The notes under the pieces were generated by a model, which saw only the letters and a program-made list of their open reading frames with translations, had not been told where the DNA came from and ran no database searches. Shown here piece after piece: positions 31,301 through 38,586 of a stretch of DNA of 64,000 bases (the stretch's first letter is position 1; the number at the start of each line of letters is the position of its first letter). Position numbers and translations under genes: made by a program. Location of the stretch: contig CAXXJJ010000004.1 of the NCBI GenBank assembly GCA_963667015.2, positions 1,728,001 to 1,792,000 of the forward strand, read 5' to 3'. This DNA comes from Desulfatiglandales bacterium. GTDB lineage: Bacteria; Desulfobacterota; DSM-4660; Desulfatiglandales; HGW-15.

Positions 31301-32452
31301 ACCTCCCATAGAATGAGCAATAACATTAACTTTCGCACTACCTGTCTGTGATTTAACTTTGTTGATAGCAAGTTTTAATGAGATAGCACATTCTTGAATT
31401 GGTCTTGATGTATCATACTCAAGGCCATAGACATTTATTCCTTCTGCATAAAGGAAATTTAACGCGCTCATAGTTATATTGTCAGTACCATCGCCAAACG
31501 TAGAATAGATATCTCCATAAGCACTGTCTCCAAAGAGTATAGGCTGGATACCATGAACAAATAAGATTGGAGTATGAGTTGAATCTTCGATAAGCTCCCC
31601 ATGCCTTATCAATCGATCGCCAGCGACTGCGAATATTGTAAGATGAGAGGTTTTTGCAATTATGATGTTATTAACAGTATCAATGCTAACTACCTCAACA
31701 GGTAGCCACTGACCATATTCTTCATCATATGTAGACACCTTAAGTGTTAATTCATCCAAAATATTATTCTCATCTAATTCGCTATCATCATAAGGAAATT
31801 TAATAAGGATTGGTTGCTCAAAAACTGTCCCACTTGGTCCTATATCAATCTGTTTACATAAATCTGATGATCCCCTAGAAAATGGAATGGCGTTTTCAAC
31901 TTCAGTTATTGTAATTACTTTTTCTTCGGTTAATGCTCCATCTGGAATCTCAACAACAAATCCATAAAGAGGACTTTCAGGATCAGTTACTTCAATTACA
32001 CCACCTCCAAACCCAACTGAAGCAAACGCTTCTGGGATACCACCGACAACATTAATAGTATAATTAAATCTGGCCCTGTTAGGATTATAAAATGACCATC
32101 TTTTCGATTCTGACGTTGTATCAGGTAAAAATTGTTCTGTTTTACCTGAATACTCAAAATAAGGCTTACCATCATCTGTAACACCATCAGCATTAGCGAC
32201 TGTTACACTCGGATCACTGATGTTATCAATTACCACCTTAATTGGAGTCAACAACACATCATCTGATATGTTCTTCAACGAAACATCCAGGTAATTTTCA
32301 CTATTGCTTCTGTCAAACATCATCCTTGATTGTATAAGCTGAACCTTATCAGTTACATCTTCTTCTGCATATGAGATAGATGATAAAAGAAGTGGTAAAA
32401 TAAAACTAATTATCGAGATAGATGTCATGCATATACTTTTCATTTTCCTCAT
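25367..32452 (-). CDS. Giant secreted modular protein: shared N-terminal module, ZU5-like domain, alpha/beta-hydrolase (AHSMGG), MopE-like metal-binding repeats, 3x LamG, 2x Fn3-like, FGE-sulfatase domain, TSP3 repeats
   Basis: Signal peptide ending ISYA after AAGGAG SD (start placed at 32452; ORF extends to 32515); motifs read directly from the translation. Confidence 0.85.
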   Translation of the reverse strand: MRKMKSICMTSISIISFILPLLLSSISYAEEDVTDKVQLIQSRMMFDRSNSENYLDVSLKNISDDVLLTPIKVVIDNISDPSVTVANADGVTDDGKPYFEYSGKTEQFLPDTTSESKRWSFYNPNRARFNYTINVVGGIPEAFASVGFGGGVIEVTDPESPLYGFVVEIPDGALTEEKVITITEVENAIPFSRGSSDLCKQIDIGPSGTVFEQPILIKFPYDDSELDENNILDELTLKVSTYDEEYGQWLPVEVVSIDTVNNIIIAKTSHLTIFAVAGDRLIRHGELIEDSTHTPILFVHGIQPILFGDSAYGDIYSTFGDGTDNITMSALNFLYAEGINVYGLEYDTSRPIQECAISLKLAINKVKSQTGSAKVNVIAHSMGGLVTRAYLVNMADADWLGDTLITYEHDIAKLMMVATPNHGSYLSGLSVIAEFLPSIQNYRSTTDLLPPSMFLQELNSRQIDKNYPIVVDNIYGVVESLEGDMSDFWLNWSKVTDGVVKVDSAQITQDQNVDEFRNYHEYLITGYHHLMFTNTIWPNGIAKVSDMFHPVYSLMKSFALDEDNDGVTDVKDLAPNTPENVKVNSNGISFAQMKPELLIPQNGDQGFDKDNLLFKWKPVLDPIGGDVEYCMVITDNEENVFVNMCDQDSFIDETIVSWSDFTPSEEYSWAVWAREKNNDDNWTQASDWLQFTISPDNDFDNHTEAVDCDDTNPDVYPGAMEICENGIDENCSGSDSPETFCVFDTTISYDASNKFVFSSRAVSSETNGLRLNLRLLSASGCWYMVTPNFDELGAIGNAEVYYLPPFGVLNIDDNILIGKDQHYQLDLNRSNVGAMSLTAVDVILRGIFGRKLEDVYTFEPTKEFIGLLIDVANESNLVSDLDTATGYLINREYISAMSGYLTFIKNVADEVGHEVIEQKFIAAFGESGSVIWENGLGTILQIISLPDKYYALKEIADYYIFNPGPFEGFVKIEVSEFCTEIECAEIWYKDYDGDGYSDGQSIVQIEQPDGYYLANELSSISGDLDDNDINTYPGAPELCGDGIDNNCDGEIDEGCGPDLNAGLVAYYPFDGNAIDETGNGNDGIEYGGMSYISGVSGQAASFDGVDDFITVLDSPSLRLSNTDFTLSTWVYEKNRNPSYSDAILYKRGNGSLNGWIFSITGEINVVAPDGRVLYRVSSGTDPYATSQQGISLNNWHHVTLIYKNVSETIEIYIDGVFDSIATNIPSPNPQTANDLYIGKDSSDMYDYYFDGFIDDTRIYNRALSEEEIEELYTSSMGPAPINIFASYDNTNEWNWITWREVPGAVSYNLYWGTESGVTKDSEYAGNTSDTEFSHTGVVPDWTYYYRVSSVDADGNESELSEEVSVYVPIDLNDGLVAYYPFNGNANDESGNGNDGTEYGGVSYVNGVNDQAASFDGVDDHIVIQDTQTLRLNDTNFTISLWVNETKYNTSNADSLLAKRDKGIQNGWFCMIGGETYDDYGKFTYYQSVGPDDPEITSNGIIALNTWHHILLKYNKYNEAVSLYIDGFLEGEISNFPSTNPDTTSDLFIGMDSAENLIGGYFFTGLLDEIKIYNRDLSYNEIQELYIQGTSIDIDADGYSHAEGDFDDNDPTIYPGAVEIPYDGIDQDCNGIDLTDVDGDGYDGYQVGGPDLDDDNAEINPSATEICGDGIDNNCDGEIDEGCGSDLDAGLVAYYPFNGNANDESGNGNNGEVSGAVLTVDRFGDSSSAYAFDGIKDFINFGNSTDFNFTDSCTFSLWINPDKVQAGRILNKWVNGQEDKQIFYLSERRLRFYLHCCSDTVLPSNSTIDLNKWTHIILVYDGNEQKIYIDGIEDASNERVGNIANSIGNLYAGYNPDRSSEGEYPFSGKIDDIRIYNRALSEAEIQELYRSSIGSSPINLSASYENTNEWNWITWDPVSMALSYNLYWGTESGVTKDSEYAGNTSNTEFSHTGVIPGWTYYYRVSSIDADNSESELSEEVSVYVSIEQDTFTNSLGMTFNQIPAGTFMMGSPEGELGRYDNETQHQVTLTNNYFIQTTEVTQGQWRAVVGNNPSYFLSCGDDCPIEWVTWNDIQNFITELNKLEEGIYRLPTEAEWEYAARAGNTRAFANGEIMDPYGYDPNLDAIGWYALNSDGQTHPVAQKKPNTWGLYDMHGNVWEWVQDWYDVYTSEAVSDPTGPISGSMRVVRGGAFGGSPGVCRSAVHSSLSPDYRNDFIGFRLVLSEIPADTDDDGITDEIDNCQNDFNPDQLDSDGDGVGDVCDDDSANTHIITTTIQGGENCVEVNPLGVVNVNDGEDYTIQLEYNCTNSYYFLVDIVVNGGSPDWDSIDYNSSEDGQYDYITFINITDDMDIEFIYGYVYPM
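26504..28627 (-). repeat. Internal duplication of an ~90-aa Fn3-like module (copies ~26504-26780 and ~28352-28627)
   Basis: NTNEWNWITW...SYNLYWGTESGVTKDSEYAGNTS.TEFSHTGV...WTYYYRVSS...ESELSEEVSVYV occurs twice, each copy after a LamG domain. Confidence 0.85.
32150..32368 (-). repeat. N-terminal module shared with the 816-aa gene (second copy 34738-34956)
   Basis: 70/73 identical residues, with many synonymous DNA differences. Confidence 0.9.
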
Positions 32453-32583
32453 TACCAACTCCTTTGGCCTCTTTTTTAAATTTATTTTAAATTTTGGGTT
32501 TGCCATTATAGTCAAACGTAGTGGATAGACTCGAATTGATTCGAGTTGTTTTGTTTGTCACGATTCAAAAATGTAACATCTCT

Positions 32584-35034
32584 CTATTCTCTTACTGCTC
32601 TCCATGTTCCATGTGATTTTTCATCATAATATGTGCCCGACATAGTATCACCATAATATACTCCTGTTACATATACAGTAGTTGCAACATGGATAAACTC
32701 AATTGAAATATTTATTCCATTTATTGTACCACTACCAGAATAACCTTCATCACTTGTAAATGAAATTGAATTACCAGCCTGAGTAAAAGCCCAAAAGTGC
32801 GGTTCATCATCTTCAACTTGACCATTAGGAGTATTATAAACAAGCCAATTACCAGTTACGTTATTCTCACAAACATCCCCAATCCCATCTCCATCTGAGT
32901 CAGCTTGGGCTGGATTGTATGTATCAGGGCAGTTATCGGCTATATCAGCTATTCCATCATTATCAATATCATCGTCTTCTTCAACCCGTATTGCTGACCA
33001 ACAATTAGTATCTCCCATCGTACCATTCATGGTGGAACCTTCACTATTAACAGCGCCGGTATAGATCGGATAATCACAACCAGTGTAAGTAAAAGTTATC
33101 TCATCACCTGATAATTCCCAAACTCCTGTATATCCATTACATCTTGGAATCGAATCAAATGTATGGTCTTCATAAAAAATTAAAGTATTAATTCCTGCAC
33201 CACCATCACAATTATGATCAATATATTCAGTCCATGAGCCAATAATCATATCATCATTTATGACTTCACAAGCATCTCCTATTCCATCAGCATCTGCATC
33301 TTCTTGGTCGGGGTTGTAGGTGCCGGGGCAGTTGTCCACAGTATTAGGAACACCATCTACATCAATATCTGGTATTCCGGTGTCAAGTAAAGATCCGTAT
33401 AGATTGACATCAGAGGGCATCATACTTGTTGAATAGTTATAATAGAACCATTGCACATCCATAAGTTGGGGGCCTTGATCATCAGGCAAATCTTTTTCAT
33501 TTGTTGGCTCAAGCCACCAGACATTAAACATAGCAAACAATCTATCTATTTCACTTGGATTAATGGTCCATGTTGTTCCAAGTGAGATCTCTTCATTTTC
33601 TACAACACAAGTATATTTTGAATTATAGAATGTATACTCGCTAGACAAATAATATTTTGATACTTGAACAACAAGTGTAATATAATCATTTGAAATATCA
33701 CTTATTGATATTTGAGGATTTGAATTGCTTAATATTGCATCTGTCCTTGTATGAGTTTTGCTTGTTAGAACAGGTAAATCAAGTGCAGAATTTTCAAGCC
33801 AAGGATGTTCGGTTTCTGTTATTATTTCGAAATCATGTTCTATATGATTTGTGGGATTCAGGCTAATTAAAGATGGCAATGGGGGTGGTTCTACAGCATA
33901 GGTAAAAAAGGCTTTAATAGAATTATACCCTGAAATAGTTTCGCCACTAATTTTAATTCTTGCAGCAAACGTACCTGTAGTTGGCAGCCTATCAATTAAA
34001 TCTATTTCTGATGCTTTTCTTTCACTATCTTCAACCTCTGCCGCCAATCGTACTTTCCCTTCATTAGGATATGTTTTGACTAAGGTGCTACTATACCAAT
34101 TGTTTGCCCCTGGATTCAAGTTTTCCCCATCTATAATAGACCAATGATCTTTTAGATCATCAATATTTTTGTAGTCAAAACCATCGAAAAGAGTGAGTAT
34201 GTCATCAGTATCCATAGCCAATATAAAATCACATAAATGATCAGTTGCTGTTTCTATAAAATTATTTTCAAAATCTTGACTTACTATTTGAAGTTTCTCC
34301 CAAGTACCTGAGGTCGTATTGTATCTGTATGGGTAAAGAGCAATCTCAGGATAATTCGTTCCATCCAGCAGACCATCGTTATCATCATCTTTATAGTATA
34401 ATGTTATTATGGCAGCTTTAGAAAATGATGTTCCATCTGGGCCGATATTAATAGCCGATGATACAAATATCATAGAAGCATTTGGTTGAGGTGGGAAATC
34501 AGAGGTAGTCAAGGTAAAAACAATATTTTCAGAGATGGCACCAGAAGGAATATCAATATTGCCTTCAGAGGTTAATAAATATAAAAATCCTCCATCAACC
34601 CCTATAACCGCAGCAGCTTCCGGTACAGTTGCATAAACACTTGCTGTGTAGTTAAACCTTGATCGGTTTGGATTATAAAACATCAACCTATTGGTCTCGG
34701 TATTTTCACTAAGCAGCAGCCGCCCCATATCATTAATATACTCAAAATAAGGCTTCCCATCATCAGTAACTCCGTCAGCATTCGCAACTGTCACACTTGG
34801 ATCATTGATGTTATCAATAACCACCTTAATAGGAGTTAAAAGTACATCCTCGGATATATTTTTTAATGAAACATCCAGGTAATTTTCACTAGTGCTTCTG
34901 TCAAACATCATTCTTGATTGAATGAGCTGAACTTTATCTGTTACATCTTCTTCGGCTTGGATAAGTGGTGAGAATAAAACTATAAAGCAAATGATTGAAA
35001 TCAAAATTAATTGGATTCTTCTAAGCATATTCAT
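32584..35034 (-). CDS. Secreted modular protein: shared N-terminal module, ZU5-like domain, GH16/ConA-like domain (EHDFE), TSP3 repeats, beta-rich C-terminal domains
   Basis: Signal peptide ending LIQA; AGGAG SD; DxDGxxxxxDNCP..YNP.Q.D.D.DG.GD.C repeats. Confidence 0.85.
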   Translation of the reverse strand: MNMLRRIQLILISIICFIVLFSPLIQAEEDVTDKVQLIQSRMMFDRSTSENYLDVSLKNISEDVLLTPIKVVIDNINDPSVTVANADGVTDDGKPYFEYINDMGRLLLSENTETNRLMFYNPNRSRFNYTASVYATVPEAAAVIGVDGGFLYLLTSEGNIDIPSGAISENIVFTLTTSDFPPQPNASMIFVSSAINIGPDGTSFSKAAIITLYYKDDDNDGLLDGTNYPEIALYPYRYNTTSGTWEKLQIVSQDFENNFIETATDHLCDFILAMDTDDILTLFDGFDYKNIDDLKDHWSIIDGENLNPGANNWYSSTLVKTYPNEGKVRLAAEVEDSERKASEIDLIDRLPTTGTFAARIKISGETISGYNSIKAFFTYAVEPPPLPSLISLNPTNHIEHDFEIITETEHPWLENSALDLPVLTSKTHTRTDAILSNSNPQISISDISNDYITLVVQVSKYYLSSEYTFYNSKYTCVVENEEISLGTTWTINPSEIDRLFAMFNVWWLEPTNEKDLPDDQGPQLMDVQWFYYNYSTSMMPSDVNLYGSLLDTGIPDIDVDGVPNTVDNCPGTYNPDQEDADADGIGDACEVINDDMIIGSWTEYIDHNCDGGAGINTLIFYEDHTFDSIPRCNGYTGVWELSGDEITFTYTGCDYPIYTGAVNSEGSTMNGTMGDTNCWSAIRVEEDDDIDNDGIADIADNCPDTYNPAQADSDGDGIGDVCENNVTGNWLVYNTPNGQVEDDEPHFWAFTQAGNSISFTSDEGYSGSGTINGINISIEFIHVATTVYVTGVYYGDTMSGTYYDEKSHGTWRAVRE

Positions 35035-35062
35035 TTCTCTCCTGTCGATATAACTTCCCTAT

Positions 35063-35113
35063 AAAAAGAAAAACCAGGCCGTCAAAAGTTAACTACAACT
35101 TCTGGCAGCCCGG
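35063..35113 (-). terminator. Intrinsic terminator (riboswitch expression platform)
   Basis: Minus strand CCGGGCUGCCAGAAGUU/AACUUUUGACGGCCUGG stem plus UUUUUCUUUUU, overlapping the 3' strand of the aptamer. Confidence 0.8.
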
Positions 35114-35216
35114 CTTTTCGTATATACGAATCCGTGGCTTTCCGTACTGCTCAATTATTCAAAAACTATAAATCACATACTTTAAAACCTTTTCAGCAGT
35201 GTGGCTTTTTCAGAAG
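35099..35216 (-). ncRNA. c-di-GMP-I (GEMM-I) riboswitch with a 39-nt insertion in the P2 loop
   Basis: P1 CUUCUG/CAGAAG; J1/2 AAAAAG; P2 CC-AC-ACUGCU GAAA[39 nt]AGCAGU-AC-GG; conserved ACGGAAAGCCACGG...AGCCGGGCUGCC P3 core; overlapping terminator. Confidence 0.78.
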
Positions 35217-35232
35217 ATCTCAAATATAAGTT

Positions 35233-35799
35233 TTATGATTTTTTAAAGAATTTCTTTCTTCCCATTCCTGCTAACCCAACTAGACCACTACCTAGTAAAA
35301 GCATAGTTGCAGGCTCTGGGACTGGCTCAGTTCCAGAGGATGCAATTGCTAAATCTATGTTTGATATAGTCCCGGTACTATCAAATCCCCAATCATCCCA
35401 AGAATCATACTCAAGACCGAAGGCAAGGCGGATCGTTTGTCCCAAGTATGGTGTCATATCAATTGAATAAGTTCCGGCTCCTGAGTATCCAATCTCCATT
35501 TCATAGGCACCATCGATTTGTAATACCAGCCAGTCATAATCATCCAGTCCTGGAACCAATGAGTATTCATAGGATAATGTCAATGCATTATCTGGCACAA
35601 AAAAACTATCATTTGCTGCATAGAGATAACCATAATCCGTACTTTCATAAAATGTGATCGTATCGCTGCGGATATCTACAATGGTTGGATCATCGGGCTC
35701 GCCGACAAAAGTGCTTAAATCAACCGGATCAGCAAATGCAATATTAACTAAATACAAAAAGCTAAAAAAGACCAATAAAAACATAAAAGTGCGTTTCAT
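35233..35799 (-). CDS. PEP-CTERM sorting-domain exported protein
   Basis: Signal peptide; C-terminal PVPEPATMLLLGSGLVGLAGMGRKK. Confidence 0.95.
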   Translation of the reverse strand: MKRTFMFLLVFFSFLYLVNIAFADPVDLSTFVGEPDDPTIVDIRSDTITFYESTDYGYLYAANDSFFVPDNALTLSYEYSLVPGLDDYDWLVLQIDGAYEMEIGYSGAGTYSIDMTPYLGQTIRLAFGLEYDSWDDWGFDSTGTISNIDLAIASSGTEPVPEPATMLLLGSGLVGLAGMGRKKFFKKS

Positions 35800-35927
35800 T
35801 AAAGAACCCTCCTTTTTAATTTTAAAAATCTCAATGCATTATTTAAGCGTAAGACTACATTAAAATAGACATAACAGATCGCTAATATCTTTTTAATGAA
35901 TAATTCAGGTAAGCAAAAACAAGATTA

Positions 35928-35943
35928 AGCAATATCAGTGCCA
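35928..35943 (-). promoter_or_regulatory. sigma54 promoter of the PEP-CTERM gene
   Basis: Minus strand TGGCAC-TGATA-TTGCT; IHF consensus TATCAATCAGTTA at 35983-35995. Confidence 0.88.
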
Positions 35944-36029
35944 AAAAAGACAGGACTCTGCAATACAAATTAATCTCTTAATTATCAATCAGTTATGGTC
36001 ATGAACTTATAAAGGCGGCTTGAAGGTAT

Positions 36030-36086
36030 GAAATTAATTACCGTTAAAACAAGTAATTAATTTCCTAATTTAGGCATTAATTTACA
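36030..36086. promoter_or_regulatory. Three phased enhancer-like boxes (possible PrsR/PEP-CTERM boxes)
   Basis: GAAATTAATTAC (36030), GTAATTAATTTC (36053), GCATTAATTTACA (36074), spaced 23 and 21 bp; the last contains TTTACA. Confidence 0.5.
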
Positions 36087-36418
36087 CATTTCAATCCTTA
36101 CTTGGAAATTTTTATAAATATAAAACAATAAAGCCTCCTATAACTCGTCCAGCTTTTTACACTCCTCAAGATATTTGCTTCTATCCTGATGAGTCATATT
36201 AGGGATATAAAAGAAGTGTTTGGAATTCTTGGCAAGAAAGAGCGGCCCGATGAATATAATGAGGATATTCCATGCAAATGATCACTTTTGCTGATACCGC
36301 ATGATAAATACTTTTCTACCTGTTTTTTTTATGATAGCATTCAAAATTGTAATATATTAAATAAACTATTAAATTGATAACAATATAAATTTATTTATTC
36401 TTTTTTATGGAGAGATAA

Positions 36419-36628
36419 ATGACATCATATACAGCAGTCATAGAAAGATGTAGTGAGACAGGTCTTTATATTGGCTACGTTCCAGGATTTCCGGGTGCAC
36501 ATTCACAAGGTGAAACACTGGATGAATTAAATAAAAATTTGAAAGAAGTTATAGAGATGCTTCTTGAAGATGGCCTTCCAAGAATGGAAAGTGAATTTAT
36601 CGGCACTCAAAATGTTATGTTGGCATAG
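36419..36628 (+). CDS. hicB: Short HicB-family antitoxin
   Basis: YTAVIE....GLYIG.VP..PGAHSQGETLDEL..NL.EVI.MLLE. Confidence 0.92.
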   Translation: MTSYTAVIERCSETGLYIGYVPGFPGAHSQGETLDELNKNLKEVIEMLLEDGLPRMESEFIGTQNVMLA

Positions 36629-36630
36629 CT

Positions 36631-36807
36631 ATGGGTACACTTCCTGTCCTAAAACCTAAAGAAGTTGTTTCAATTCTTAATAAACTCGGATTTCAAGAAA
36701 TCAGACAAAGAGGCTCCCACAAACAATATCGCCATCCTGATGGGCGAGGAACAACAGTTCCATTTCATATCGGAAGGGATATTTCTCCTATCCTGCTAAT
36801 TGTTTAG
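36631..36807 (+). pseudogene. hicA: HicA-family mRNase toxin, C-terminally truncated (58 aa; not in ORF track)
   Basis: Manual translation MGTLPVLKPKEVVSILNKLGFQEIRQRGSHKQYRHPDGRGTTVPFHIGRDISPILLIV*; GSH motif present, final helix absent. Confidence 0.75.
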
Positions 36808-36939
36808 AATCATTTGGTGTTGGATTCTCTCTAAGGGAAAGTATAGTACTTACTACCTGCAGGTATTGTTTTGGCGGCAATTCTTTTATAAATTTACCGG
36901 CAGCTTTTGTAATATCAATATTTGTACATATGTTCACTT

Positions 36940-37362
36940 CTACTCCAGCTCAACCTTTATCCGATCCTTAATATCCACAACCCTGTCATTCTTTATATAT
37001 TCATCTTCCATCTGATACACAACAGCAACGAGATGTCTGCTTCCCTTTGACCTGTCCAGAGGACTTACAATTAAATCTCCCAGCCCCAGTGTTGTAAAAT
37101 CCATTATATCGTAAGACAGTTCACTCAAACCGCTCTGGATTGTCTCATATTCATAAATTCCCCTGTATTGCTCGTCGTTCAGACGATTAATATAAAGAGG
37201 GGTTCCAAGATGAAGTTCTGCCTCGTGTCTCTTCATACCGATGAATACAGGACTTCGTTCAGGGGCGGAAGAATCCAGTTTCACATATACTCCCGGTGAA
37301 CAGGCTGCAATCATCAGGCACACTCCAAGACAGAAGGCAATGGAAATAAACCTGCAGTGCAT
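36940..37362 (-). CDS. Putative lipoprotein
   Basis: Lipobox IAA-C; GAGGAG SD. Confidence 0.75.
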   Translation of the reverse strand: MHCRFISIAFCLGVCLMIAACSPGVYVKLDSSAPERSPVFIGMKRHEAELHLGTPLYINRLNDEQYRGIYEYETIQSGLSELSYDIMDFTTLGLGDLIVSPLDRSKGSRHLVAVVYQMEDEYIKNDRVVDIKDRIKVELE

Positions 37363-37491
37363 TTTAGTTATCTCCTCTCAGGCCAAATTTATCAGACTAC
37401 TCCGCAGCGGGTGCAGAGAAACCAACCCCTTATAAACCAATGGCTATCTCATTTACCTTTGACGGAATAAATTTATTTTGCTGAGTGGTAG

Positions 37492-37507
37492 TTCAAGTTC
37501 CATGCCA
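37492..37507 (-). promoter_or_regulatory. Possible sigma54 promoter of the lipoprotein gene (divergent from flgF)
   Basis: TGGCAT-GGAAC-TTGAA; the -12 GC is replaced by GA. Confidence 0.4.
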
Positions 37508-37768
37508 TTTTTTAAAATAAAATGACAGATTAAGTAAAGAAGCTGTCCTTTCAGACGGTTGAGAGAAAATAGCTGAAATCGATTTAATAAATATTTGCCT
37601 TTTAATGACTGAAACAGGGAAATATTTTCCGGCCAGGGGGAAAGGTCTTCATATCTGACAGTACCCTTTAAAAAAACATTTATTTATACATTTCCATCAA
37701 ATCTTTTTTACCCTTTAATTCCAATAGATTACAGATAATTCCCTACGCCCGGAATCACTTAATGTCAA

Positions 37769-37784
37769 TGGTATGATAATTGCT
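37769..37784 (+). promoter_or_regulatory. sigma54 promoter of the flgF operon
   Basis: TGGTAT-GATAA-TTGCT, 41 bp before the flgF ATG. Confidence 0.8.
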
Positions 37785-37825
37785 ATAAGTAAGGGCAACG
37801 GTCAGTAAATTACCAGGAGGCAAAA

Positions 37826-38539
37826 ATGATAAACGGAATGCTTGAATCTTCCAGAGGTTGCATGAAAGAAGAACTGAGAATGGATATTATCTCAGCCAAC
37901 CTCGCTAATGTAAATACGATCGGCTACAAGAAAGACAGAATTTCCTTTCAAAAGCTTCTTAATCAGGCTGCAGTATCAGCTGACACACCCGCTAATGTAA
38001 CAATAAGACCGGATATGGAGCAGGGAGACATAAGAGCGACAGGAAATGAACTGGATTTTGCAATAACTGGTAAAGGTTTCTTCAAGATAAAGACTGATGA
38101 CGGTATCAGATATACAAGAAAAGGAAATTTCACGCTTGCCACCGACGGAACCCTTCAAACTCAGAGCGGGGATACGGTGATGGGCAAATCCGGCCCCCTT
38201 AAAGTAATCGGAAATGATCTCAAGATTGACCGGAAGGGTCTTATGTCAACAGATGCCGGTCCAATCGGTCAGCTTGCGATTGTCGATTTTGAAGATTACC
38301 AGGGCATAGTAAAGGAAGGCAAAACCCTTTTCGCAAATCCTCAGGAACTCCCTGAAATGGATATACCTGATGAAACCGTTGTAAGCCAGGGTTACACTGA
38401 GCTTTCCAATGTAAATACTGCCGAAGAAATGGTTAACATGATTCATGCCTTGAGGTCATTTGAGGCCTATCAAAAATCCATGAGGGTTATTGATGAGCTG
38501 AACAACAGGGCAATTAACCAGGTCGGCAGATTAAGATAA
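37826..38539 (+). CDS. flgF: Flagellar basal-body rod protein FlgF
   Basis: ANLANVNTIGYK, TGN.LDFAI.G.GFF, YTR.G.F, SNVN..EEMV.MI...R.FE; precedes flgG. Confidence 0.93.
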   Translation: MINGMLESSRGCMKEELRMDIISANLANVNTIGYKKDRISFQKLLNQAAVSADTPANVTIRPDMEQGDIRATGNELDFAITGKGFFKIKTDDGIRYTRKGNFTLATDGTLQTQSGDTVMGKSGPLKVIGNDLKIDRKGLMSTDAGPIGQLAIVDFEDYQGIVKEGKTLFANPQELPEMDIPDETVVSQGYTELSNVNTAEEMVNMIHALRSFEAYQKSMRVIDELNNRAINQVGRLR

Positions 38540-38586
38540 AATATTAAAAGATAATAAAAGTAGTAAAAAAACAAGGAGAACAGGAA

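Noticed and set aside
35201..35470. 89-aa plus-strand ORF
   Set aside because: Antisense to the PEP-CTERM gene and riboswitch.
36800..37015. 71-aa ORF as a frameshifted hicA tail
   Set aside because: Its translation does not resemble the HicA C-terminal helix and it overlaps the lipoprotein gene antisense.
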